Assembly: GCA_002269645.1 (NCBI GenBank)
Contig: NIVC01000219.1
Location: forward strand, 208,532-272,531
DNA: 64,000 nt
Source: Macrostomum lignano
Taxonomy: Eukaryota
Direction of reading: 5' to 3'
Part shown: positions 48,247-59,784 of the stretch, one piece after another
Numbering within the stretch: position 1 is the first letter of the stretch
Layout: each line of letters starts with the position of its first letter
The notes under the pieces: model-generated
The model's input: the letters and a program-made list of their open reading frames with translations, nothing else
What the model was told of the DNA's origin: nothing
Databases searched by the model: none
Program-made: the position numbers and the translations under genes

Positions 48247-48664
48247 TTCTGTACCTAATGGACGTGTTTCGGTGCTTGGCTGTGCTGCCTAGCCTAATAT
48301 ACTCAGACAGAAGACTCCAGTCCATCCAAAATGCAATTTGCTCAACTCGAGACCAAAAGCAAATTTGCTCCGACATCGGGGGCAGGACTTAGCTTTATAG
48401 CGAGCAGATCGATGTTTTCTACTCTTCATCTCGATCGTTAATGACTGATCGCATTACCATCTTACAAAGAGATTCTGACCAACATGGGGCCTGCCGGTTC
48501 AGCTGACGGTTCTCTAGGTCTCCATGCAACAGATAAATTCACTTCTAAAAGCAGACGTTTCGGCTTCTTCTGTTGAACTAAATCTTCGACATTATCTTTA
48601 AACTCAATTTCCTATACCCATATGCAATTACAATTTGGAAGCTTGGCCTTGAGTACAGAGAGCA

Positions 48665-48825
48665 GCTCAGTGGTGCGTGCGATTCACAACGAAGACGGCG
48701 AGGAGGGCCTGCGTGTCTTGTGTACAGTATGTGCTCAGAAGCGAGTCAGCCGAATGGGCAGAATTGCCTCAGGGATCACGTGTTGCGCAAGGGTGCCCCA
48801 CAGCCCTCCAAATCTTCAAAGTCCA
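48665..48825 (+). pseudogene. Possible degraded LINE reverse-transcriptase fragment
   Basis: SESAEWAELPQGSRVAQGCPTALQIF loosely resembles the RT motif SEWFxVxxGVxQGCxLSPxLF. Confidence 0.3.
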
Positions 48826-49214
48826 TGTTAAGATCATTATTGTTTGTTTAACTACAGCTAAAAATTAGATATTCGCTATTCGAAAAGTTAAAACTTAAAA
48901 ATCAGTCAAACTAAGAGAGTAAACACTTTAAATTTAACATTTCAATTAGCCATATTTATATGGACGTCCAAAACTTATTATTACTCTTAAATAACTTTAG
49001 TACTTAAAAAAACATATTATAGAACATCCAGCAGTTGTTTTGATTACGAACCGTGGCTCAGGCAGTAGAAAAAGACTCAAACAATGTCACCGAAAAGAGG
49101 TAATTTACTTTTTCACTCTTTTAAGTTGAGACAAAAATATTAATCGTTTAAACTAGAACAGAAAAAACTGAATGAAAAATACATTGAAAAATAGAGCTAT
49201 TTATCGAAGCAACA

Positions 49215-50410
49215 GAAGCGATTTTGACGGGCGATTTTTTGGACATGATGATTTTTGATGGGCGATTTTTCTGAGCATGATTACTTTTAATGGGCGATTT
49301 TTCTGAACTTGATTTTTGATGGGCGATTTTTCTGAACTTGATTTTTGATGGGCGATTTTTCTGAACTTGATAATTTTTGATGGGCGATTTTTCTGAACTT
49401 GATGATTTTTGATGGGCGATTTTTCTGAACTTGATAATTTTTGATGGGCGATTTTTCTGAACTTGATGATTTTTGATGGCGATTTTTCTGAACTTGATAA
49501 TTTTTAATGGGCGATTTTTCTGAACTTGATGATTTTTGATGGGCGATTTTTCTGAACTTGATAATTTTTGATGGGCGATTTTTCTGAACTTGATGATTTT
49601 TGATGGGCGATTTTTCTGAACTTGATAATTTTTGATGGGCGATTTTTCTGAACTTGATGATTTTTGATGGGCGATTTTTCTGAGCATGATTACTTTTGAT
49701 GGGCGATTTTTCTGAACTTGATTTTTGATGGGCGATTTTTCTGAACTTGATAATTTTTGATGGGCGATTTTTCTGAACTTGATGATTTTTGATGGGCGAT
49801 TTTTCTGAGCATGATTACTTTTGATGGGCGATTTTTCTGAACTTGATTTTTGATGGGCGATTTTTCTGAACTTGATAATTTTTGATGGGCGATTTTTCTG
49901 AACTTGATGATTTTTGATGGGCGATTTTTCTGAACTTGATGATTTTTGATGGGCGATTTTTCTGAACTTGATAATTTTTGATGGGCGATTTTTCTGAACT
50001 TGATGATTTTTGATGGGCGATTTTTCTGAACTTGATAATTTTTGATGGGCGATTTTTCTGAACTTGATAATTTTTGATGGGCGATTTTTCTGAACTTGAT
50101 GATTTTTGATGGGCGATTTTTCTGAACTTGATGATTTTTGATGGGCGATTTTTCTGAACTTGATGATTTTTTATGGGAGATTTTTGTGAGCATGATGATT
50201 TTTCACAGGTGATTTTCTCAGCATGATGATTTTTGACAGGCGATTTTCTCAACATGATGATTTTTGACAGGCGATTTTTTTGCATGAGCATGATGATTTT
50301 TGACAGGCGATTCTCTCAGCATGATGATTTTTGACAGGCGATTCTCTCAGCATGATGATTTTTGACAGGCGATTCTCTCAGCATGATGATTTTTGACAGG
50401 CGATTTTTGA
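49215..50410 (+). repeat. 32-bp minisatellite (TTTTTGATGGGCGATTTTTCTGAACTTGAT[G/A]A) grading into a 28-31-bp variant
   Basis: Direct reading. Confidence 0.95.
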
Positions 50411-50618
50411 GGTTTGACGTTTTTCGATGGAAAAATTTTCAAGGCCTTTTTGTCAATTTTTTAATTTAACAAGAAAGTTTATCTTTGCTTAAGTAAAGGT
50501 TACTAAAAACTTCTTTCATGACTCAAAGCGTTAGTCGCCTAGTCGGGATGAAAAATAATAATAAATCAAGCTGAATTTAAACAACATGTCTAAACAGATC
50601 GGCCGTCTGATCGTTGAT

Positions 50619-53600
50619 TCATTCACCGCCTCCGCCAGCTGATGGCGAAGAGGCCCGAACCCATTTTGGGGCGGCGGCAGCAGCGGCAGACGAAGCCGAC
50701 GCACCGGCACCGGCTACCCGCTGCTGGCTCCCGCCACCAGAAAACTTTTGCCGATTTCTTTCCATCCATCGAGCGGCTTTCTGCGACTTTTTCGACTCCG
50801 GATTCCTGGCCCGGGGGCCGCCGCCCTCTCCGCCGCCGCCGCCGCCGCCTCTTCGACCACCTCGCCGACCGCCTCGCCCACGATGACTGCCCCTGCCGGT
50901 GCCTCGACCCCGATCTGGGTAATTTCAAGAGAACTCGCTCTGCTGCCGCTGCTGGTCGAGCTTCAACTCAGACGAGTCTCTCGACCCGAACCGGATGCCC
51001 TGTTTATCAACCTCATCGACAATTCTGGGATCGAACAGGGCCGGTACTCGCCGGTCGCGCCAGTGCGGATGGCTGAGCAGCACCGTGTCGATGGGTCGCC
51101 AATCTGGCGGCGGCAGGGCCAAAGCCGACGGCGGATTGGGCGGCATGGACAGCAGGTGCTCGCGGCAGGAGGCCTCGGACAGCATCAGGCGGCAGGCCGG
51201 GTCGCCAGGTGACCGGCGGAGCAGCAGGCGGACGCCGGCGGGGAAGCCGCCGACAGTCACTCGCAGCCGTTCGATGGCATTGGCCAGCGTGTTGAAGGCC
51301 ACCAGCCCGCCGGGCAGCAGGCCGGAGCCGGCCGCCTCCTCTGCTAAATCGTCCGGCGATAGAAACTCGTACAGCAGAACTCGGCCGTCGAATACGTTGC
51401 ATCGAGTCCTTAGCAACGGGGTGTCGCCGCCGGTTGCTAGGCAAGCCAGCCAATCCCGACAGGATTGCAGCGGCGAAGGCGCCTCGCAGCCGAAGTAGGG
51501 CTGGCGCTCCAGCTGGACGCGCAGATGGCATGGGGTTGCTGATTGACAATATTTGGCGTGCCCACTGGCTGCCGATGGACGGGGCGCGAACCCGCGACCT
51601 ACCGAATCGAACAGTCGTTTAGCAGTCTGATGCGGCAGGATAAAGGGTCGGCGAGACCGAACTAGCAGTCGATGGCGACCGATCTGCAATACGCTGTAGA
51701 TCAGAGCTGGGCCGCTTGCTGCTGCTGTTACCGCTGCTGCGGTGGCAGCTGATGAAGTCTCAGCGCCAGCATCTTCGTCATTCGATGAATCAGTGGCGTT
51801 GCTGCATTAAGAGAAACAGAGGTTTGTTACATATAATATATATTACATATGTTTGAAGTGAGGTGTCCTGATAGTGAAATTCTCGAACTTGCGATCGGCT
51901 GAGTGTCTGGTTTGTGAATTGTATATGTTTTTTTGAATTGTCTATGGTTTGTGAAGTGTCTATGGTCTGTGAATTGTCTATGGTCTGTGAATTGTCTATG
52001 GTTTGTGAAGTGTCTATGGTTTGTGAAGTGTCTATGGTCTGTGAATTGTCTATGGTCTGTGAATTGTCTATGGTTTGTGAAGTGTCTATGGTCTGTGAAA
52101 TGTCTATGGTCTGTGAATTGTCTATGGTTTGTGAAGTGTCTATGGTTTGTGAAGTGTCTATGGTCTGTGAATTGTCTATGGTCTGTGAATTGTCTATGGT
52201 TTGTGAAGTGTCTATGGTCTGTGAATTGTCTATGGTCTGTGAATTGTCTATGGTTTGTGAAGTGTCTATGGTTTGTGAAGTGTCTATGGTCTGTGAATTG
52301 TCTATGGTCTGTGAATTGTCTATGGTTTGTGAAGTGTCTATGGTCTGTGAATTGTCTATGGTCTGTGAATTGTCTATGGTCTGTGAATTGTTTTTGGTTT
52401 GTGAAGTGTCTATGGTTTGTGAAGTGTCCAGTTAGTGAAGTGTCCAGTTAGTGAAGTGTCCAGTTAGTGAAGTGTCCAGTTTGTGAAGTGTCCAGTATGT
52501 GAAGCGCTACCTACCCATCGCAGTCACCCACAGCGGTGCCAAAAGTTTCCAGCAGAGCCAGATTATCAGTGTCCTCAGCATCCGGACTGATTTTCTGCCT
52601 CTTCTCCGCCGGCTGCTCCTGTTGCTGCTTCTTAATCTGCTTTTGGCTTTTATTAGCTTTAGTAAACTTGAGCCTAGCCCTCATCTGAGCCAGCTTAGCC
52701 TGTATGTCAGCTGCAGACACCCCAGCGGCATTAAAGTGCGGCAGTGTGTTGTCAATGCAGAGCAGCCACTGCCCATTGCCAGCGTCAAACTTGTCATGCG
52801 GCTCCTCCATCAGGGCGGGCATCTCCCAGCCAGCCTCGCAGACTCTATCAAGCAGCATGCGCTTCAGAGTGCCGCAGCTCAGCACCAGGTGACAATCATG
52901 CCGTCTGGCCAGCTTCTTAGCAAAATCGTCTTCACTGATAGGACACGGTTTCCAATGCAGCTGGTAGCCAGAGTTGTCAGCTGTCTGATTTGGGAAATTG
53001 TCAGCCAAATGTTCGATGCCAATAGTGACGCTGGGACAGTTGGATTGGCTGATCTGATGAGGATTCAGCAGCATTCGATGGCCCTGCAAAAATGTAGACT
53101 TCGTTATAGCTGTATGCGGCATTTTATATGGCTGGGCCAATGGCCAGAACCAACTGCAGAGGCTTTGCTGCCCATTCCGCCGACTCCCCTGAGCAGGCCC
53201 ACAAGCGCGCGGATATGTACGCAGTCATACGCACAGGCACACACTCACACAGGAGTGTACAGCGGTCCTAACTTTATTTATCGTTAGGCATGTACACCAC
53301 TGTGCCTTGGAGGTTGGCCCTCAAGGGCGTTGATTTAGAATCGAGTCTGTTTACTAACCGCAGCGGTATCTGCTTAACTTCTTAACAACAATAAAACTTA
53401 CCCGTCGAGCCACCACTTGCTCAAGTTTAATATTCAATTTCACGGCCTCATCGCTGGTGGTGGCCCAGCAGTCGATATCGCCGTTCTGTCTGGGCACCAT
53501 GGACACGCTGTCTAGGGTTCTGTAGTAGTCTGGATAGCGGCTTCTGCGGTGGCTGAGGGTGCGCTGCAGACACTGAAATATTCAAGATCAGGTCAAGTTA

Positions 53601-56600
53601 TGAACAACAAAATTAGGTTGGCACCCATCTGCACTCAGCAACAGCAAAACTACCCTTAACTGATGCTGACAGAATAAAAGCAGGGGCGCCAGCACCAGGG
53701 GCTTTAGCACCAAGGGGCTTTAGCACCAAGGAGCTTTAGCACCAGGAGCTTTAGCACCAGGGGCTTTAGCACCAAGGAGCTTTAGCACCAAGGGCTTTAG
53801 CACCAGGTTCGCCAGTAGCAGGGAAATTTCTTTAAATCTATTCAAGACAGACGACTTACATTAAAATAAGCCTTGTCCTCATCCGGCAGCACGCATGTTG
53901 TGAAACTTGGAAAGTGCTTGTGAGCCTCTTCTGCGTACTTTTGAAACAGCGCTTGCTCTTTTCGCACTTTGGGCGACAGGAGCTGCAGTGTTTGAATGTG
54001 TGGGAGATTTTAATTATTTTCGGATTTCAAAGAATTGCCTGTTCCAATTATGTTTTGCAAAATCGTTCGTGGGCCTTTAAAGTAGTGGGCTAAATCTAAA
54101 TGCTAAAAATACTGTATATAGAAGTAGAAAGGGGGAGCAGCTACAGAGGGGGGCGCAGCTACAGAGGGGCGCCAGCTACAGAGGGCGCCAGCTACAGAGG
54201 GGCGCAAGCTACAGAAGGGCGCCAGCTACAGAAGGGGCACCAGCTACAGAAGGGGCGCCAGCTACAGAGGGAGCGCCAGCTACAGAAGGGGCGCCAGCTA
54301 CAGAAGGGGCGCCAGCTACAGAGTGGGTGCCAGCTACAGAGCAGAGGGGGGCGCCAGCTACAGAGGGGGCGCCAGCTACAGAGCGGGCGCCAGCTACAGA
54401 AGGGGCGCCAGCTACAGAAGGGGCGCCAGCTACAGAAGGGGCGCCAGCTACAGAGTGGGTGCCAGCTACAGAGCAGAGGGGGGCGCCAGCTACAGAGGGG
54501 GCGCCAGCTACAGAGCGGGCGCCAGCTACAGAGCGGGTGCCAGCTACAGAACAGAGGGGCGCCAGCTACAGAACGGAGGGGCGCCAGCTACAGAACGGAG
54601 GGGCGCCAGCTAAAGAGGGGGCGCCAGCTACAGAAAAGATGTGGGCGCAAGCTACAGAATTGGGCGCCAGCTACAGAGGGGCGCCAGCTACAGAAGGGGG
54701 CGCCAGCTACAGAGGGGGCGCCAGCTACAGAAGGGGCGCCAGCTACAGATGGGGCGCCAGCTACAGAAGGGGCGCCAGCTACAAAGGGGGCGCCGGCTAC
54801 AGAGGGGGCGCCAGCTACAGAAGGGGCGCCAGCTACAGAACAGATGTGGGCGCCAGCTACAGATGTGGGCGCCAGCTACAGAGGGGGGCGCCGGCTACAG
54901 ACGGGGCGCCAGCTACAGAACAGAGGGGGGCGCCAGCTACAGAACGGAGGGGCGCCAGCTACAGAGGGGGCGCCAGCTACAGAAGGGGCGCCAGCTACAG
55001 ATGTGGGCGCCAGCTACAGACGGGGGGCCAGCTACAGACGGGGGGCCAGCTACAGAAGGTATAGAGGGGCACTTAGTGAAAGATCGGCCATATCAACTGC
55101 TGTATCAATACACAATTTAAACTGATCGCACACAATAAAAGTGCAAAAGCGCCACTCTCACCCGATAAATTTCCAAATCTGCCTCGATAACATTTGGTCC
55201 AAGCGTGCGTTTTTCATTTATAGTGGCACTACTACTGGCCGCACGCATCAGTAGCAGTAGTATGCGTAGTTTTGTCAGTCTCAGTTATCTCAGCAATAGC
55301 GATGGCATATCGCCAACGCATGGACATCAGACGGCTGAATTGCTGACTCTCCGATAAAGTGAGGACAGATTTTTTAGGAAACGGATGCTGAAATTTGATG
55401 TTTCGCCGCTGGTACATTGCCTGCCTCTCGGTTGGAATCTCGGCTGCGGAAGTGGCACCGGAAGTGCCTGATTGAGAGCTAGCAGATGCTGCAGTTTGCG
55501 GAGTTCTAGAATTACAAATAATAATAATTGATTACACCTGCCCATGTGCAACCGACAGCTCAGCCGCAGCTATTTCTGGACTTGGGAGGGGGTCGCCACA
55601 CACAGCCTCAATTACCCCAGCTAATGCTGGCACCCATTTTACAGCTGAGTGAACTGAAGCAATGCAGAGTTAAATGTCTTGCCCAATGATACAAATTGTT
55701 CCGGTGCGATAGGGAATCGAACCCCTGACTTCCAAGTGGCGAGTCCGACGCTCTAACCATTAGACTACAAAATCACAGTCAGGCTTCAGTCAGGCGTGTA
55801 CACTCCCATGTACGTCCCACTAAATGGCTTGGGTTTACGATTGTTTACGATGGTTTATGATGGTTTATGATGGTTTACGATGGTTTACGATGGTTTATGA
55901 TGGATTACGATGGCTTACGATGGTTTACGATGGTTTATGATGGTTTATGATGATTTACGATGGTTTATGATGATTTACGATGGTTTACGATGGTTTATGA
56001 CGGTTTAAGATGGTTTATGATGGTCTATGATAGTTTACGATGGTTCACGATGATTTATGATGATTTATGATGGTTTATGACGGTTTATGATGGTTTACGA
56101 TGGTTTATGACGGTTTATGATGGTTTACGATGGTTTATGATGGTTTATGGTGGTTTATGATGGTTTACGATGGTTTATGATGGTTTATGATGATTTACGA
56201 TGGTTTATGATGATTTACGATGGTTTACGATGGTTTATGACGGTTTAAGATGGTTTATGATGGTCTATGATAGTTTACGATGGTTCACGATGATTTATGA
56301 TGATTTATGATGGTTTATGACGGTTTATGATGGTTTACGATGGTTTATGACGGTTTATGATGGTTTACGATGGTTTATGATGGTTTATGGTGGTTTATGA
56401 TGGTTTACGATGGTTTATGATGGTTTATACGATGGTTTATGACGGTTTAAGATGGTTTATGATGGTCTATGATAGTTTACGATGGTTCACGATGATTTAT
56501 GATGATTTATGATGGTTTATGACGGTTTATGATGGTTTACGATGGTTTATGGTGGTTTACGATGGTTTACGAAGGTTTATGATGGTTTATCAAACTCACC

Positions 56601-57095
56601 CAGATGACTTTCGCTTTCTCGATTTTGGCAAGCAAGCACTCTGCTGAGAAGGCTTCGGAGGCGCAGACGACACAGCTGCTGGCAATTTAGAAATATTCGA
56701 AGGCTCGTCAGCAAGTAGTACAGTCTTTGTTGGCTTATTATTAGCCAATGTCTTTGTTATAGTTGTAGTATCATCACGCTTCGTCCTATTAAAAGATTTG
56801 CTAGCCTGCAAAGTCGGCCTAGTCTTTGTGCGGACAAACTGACTGTCATCATCTGGTGAGCCTGCAGCGGGTTCAACAGGCTCGACTTTCAATTGCGGCT
56901 CAGAAGCTTTCGTGGACACCTCTTGCGACTTCTCAGCCTCTTTAGAGATACCTGCAGCTTCATCTGTGCCAGCCTCTTGCTTTATCTGAGCCGAAGTGCC
57001 AAACGTTTCTTCCAGATGTTCCAATGACTTTCAAAGTCAAATGTTTGCATAAATCTGTCAAGCTCCTCATCAGCGCCCGTATCTTTGTTAGCCAT
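50619..57095 (-). CDS. ICE2: Little elongation complex subunit 2 (ICE2/NARG2)-like; as written carries two 1-nt frameshifts and an in-frame TGA
   Basis: Exons 57095-56600, 55505-55162, 53982-53860, 53572-53402, 53188-52515, 51801-50925 (or -50619). ISEDDFAKKLARRHDCHLVLSCGTLKRML...GWEMPA...LCIDNTLP and LIYSVLQIGRHRLLVRS...VQLERQPYFGCE...WL...LLRTRCNV match recalled ICE2 and NARG2_C motifs. Confidence 0.72.
51918..52497 (+). repeat. 18-bp minisatellite (TGTCTATGGT[T/C]TGTGAA[G/T]), ICE2 intron 5
   Basis: Direct reading. Confidence 0.95.
53683..53806 (+). repeat. Short GGCTTTAGCACCA[A]G repeat, ICE2 intron 3
   Basis: Direct reading; begins with GGGGCGCCAGCACCAG. Confidence 0.85.
54130..55057 (+). 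repeat. 17-20-bp minisatellite (GGGGCGCCAGCTACAGA), ICE2 intron 2
   Basis: Direct reading. Confidence 0.95.
55578..55768 (-). mobile_element. tRNA-headed SINE with CORE-like domain, second copy
   Basis: A-box TAGTCTAATGG, B-box GGTTCGATTCC, central domain shared with 15637-15836. Confidence 0.8.
55836..56590 (+). repeat. 10-bp minisatellite (TGGTTTA[T/C]GA) with 240-bp higher-order repeat, ICE2 intron 1
   Basis: 55921-56160 is repeated at 56161-56400. Confidence 0.95.
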
Positions 57096-58665
57096 TGGCT
57101 GAAACAAAGCATTAAGACAGGAAAATATAACTACAGTACGCATTGATACATTGGCAGTTAATTCGATATATTGAACCCGGGATCAATTTTTAGTTCACTT
57201 TATTATAGTTAGAGACAGAGGGCTGTGCTGTGTGCACTCTGGTGCACTTTAAGCGAAATGTTACATACGATTACATACGAGTAACTGGCTGGCAAGAGTT
57301 ATAGGCATTACTTCTCATTCCACTAATTCCCTTGAGCAGGCACACACACAGGAGTGTACAATGGCCCTAACTTTATTTATTATTAAGGCATGTACACTTT
57401 TTATTGTGCTTTGGGGGTTGGCCCTCGAGAGCACTAATTTCATGAGCAGAGCCAAGCCAAGATTCCAATTTAGCTCCAAATTAATGTGACTACATATCAG
57501 AGTGGTGCGCCAGACCACTAGGCTTTGGCCTTCTACTATGCCAGCTAATTGTTTATCGAAAATGAATTACAACTTTCAGGTCAACAACCTTTAATTATAT
57601 TATATCTAACCCAAAAATCTTTTGTACGAGTAGCTGCTCCCTATATAAATAATGGGAATAATGGCATGGCTATAAAAGTGAAGAATTATGTCAAAACAGA
57701 AAATACAGATACAATCTACTTGTTTAGTAAGAAGCTTTGTTTTTAACATATGTAAATAAGACTATTAAATAAACATATACACACATATTAGGTCCTAGGA
57801 TGTCTAGGCTATACAAAGTCTAAGACTCATTTATAAAGCCTATTGCTAAAAAAATAAAACCAATTTGCTAAATATTTAGCAAATATAGGTCGATAGAATA
57901 CAAATTTCTACTGTTATGACTTGGCCTAATCTAGTATGTCACGTAATCCCTTTAGCAGACAAGCTAAGGATCACTTCAGCCTATTGAACAGACTGACTAT
58001 AATAGCTAAGCAATGAGCATGATATTGTGTCAAACACCAAGTTACTTTGTCCCTAGATCCCACAACTCAAAAGTTCCCAAAGGTAGTGTTCCTAAGAAAT
58101 TTAAGTGGAAGCAACTAATTCTATTTTTTTGGAAACTGGCAGCTGGCTTAGCTGGGTGTTGTACATATATGATAAAAAGAGAACATAAATAGAAAAAGCA
58201 AAATAAAATAAAAATGATAGCAAATTTTATTTTAATTTTATCTAATTTAATAATGGCAACTCCATAGTCTAGATCATGCTGGATGCATACCCAAACAAAA
58301 ATCAAATAGTTACAAATGCATACCAAATTTTTTTTCAGTGAACATCTATACTCTTAAATCTAGGCCAGTGTTGTAATCTAACAATAAATAAATGGCCTTT
58401 GCATTGCAACAGTAAATGACCTTTTTGTGTTGCATAAAGAACCCTTTTAGGTAATAATTTGGTTCATTATTTATTTTTTTTTTTTGTATACTATTGACAG
58501 AACACAATTAATACAGACAAATATTTGTTTATATGCCTTATTACAAGCTTAAAAAAACTACAAGGGTTAAAATTTATATCTAAAAATCAACCTTTTAGGT
58601 ATACACATGCATTTTTTAAGGGTAATACTTGCCATATGCCATGCCAACCATAGTTCAGATTATGT

Positions 58666-59784
58666 ATTAGCGTATGCTGGGTCCAGTGGGGGAAAATATA
58701 GGACCACATTTGTATATTGTGATTAAAAAAATATTTTCAACTTTGTATGCCAAAGTTGTATGCTTTTTTTGTTCTTGAATTTATTACTCATGCAGAATAA
58801 CAAACTTAAAAAGTATGCACTTTTGCAATTTGCTCTGAAAAAAAGACAGTTATAAAAGAAGTATTTTAAATATATTTATTTGCGAAAATTGAGAAAAAAT
58901 AAGCTTTTAGGGCACAAAAATTAAAATTGTTTTATATTTTTTGTTCTGTGAATCCATGTTGATAGCATTCTATGTAGCATAATTTATGTAAAAGTCACTT
59001 TATTTGATCCTAATATTTATGCAGGTATACCATAGATCTATGCTAAAATTTCTGCTGTGCCATAGTTCAGAAGGTAGACATGTACGCCAAAATTTCCCAG
59101 AATACAACAAGGGTACTTGCCTTTTTAGTGTATATCAGCATACATCCCAGTGTACATGATATAGTATATTTTTGGCTTATATCTATGACATACCCATGCT
59201 TGGGTACAATCTAGGGATTTGCCTAGCTGTTTCTATTGGTACCTCATACATGTAAGTCACTATTGGACACAATAATAGTCACATTGACTGCTCTCAGCCA
59301 ATAGTGACTTACATGTGTGTTTTGCCAATAGAAATGGCTGGGTGAATCCCAAGGTTATATATATATATGTATATGTTAGGATCAAATAAAGTGATCCTGC
59401 ATTTTTTCATATATGACTGCATTCTATCTAGTGACTACATATAATAAACTAGGCCAATATGCAACATTGTCATTATGGAATGTTATTATTGTCATGTTAA
59501 AGAATAATAAAAAAAACAATTTTAAACTTTGCACTCTTAAACACTTGTTTTTTCTTAATTTTAGCAAATAAAAAGTATTTAAACTTCTTTTATAATTGTT
59601 TTTTCTTATTGCACATTGCAAAAGTGCATAATTTTTAAATTTGTTATTCTGTATGAATAATAAATTCAAAAATGAATAAAAGAATACAACTTTGGCATAC
59701 ATACATAATTGAGAACTTTTTTTAGTCCTGCTATACAAATGTGGTCTTGTACTTTTCCCTCTACTAGACCTAATATACACTAAT
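58666..59784. mobile_element. Foldback/MITE-like element with long, diverged inverted arms (~58666-59030 and ~59370-59784)
   Basis: Several arm matches read directly, e.g. GGACCACATTTGTAT vs ATACAAATGTGGTC and CACTTTATTTGATCCTAA vs TTAGGATCAAATAAAGTG. Confidence 0.7.

Noticed and set aside
50925-50927. Selenocysteine reading of the ICE2 TGA
   Set aside because: No redox motif around it, no SECIS recognised downstream, and ICE2 is not a known selenoprotein.
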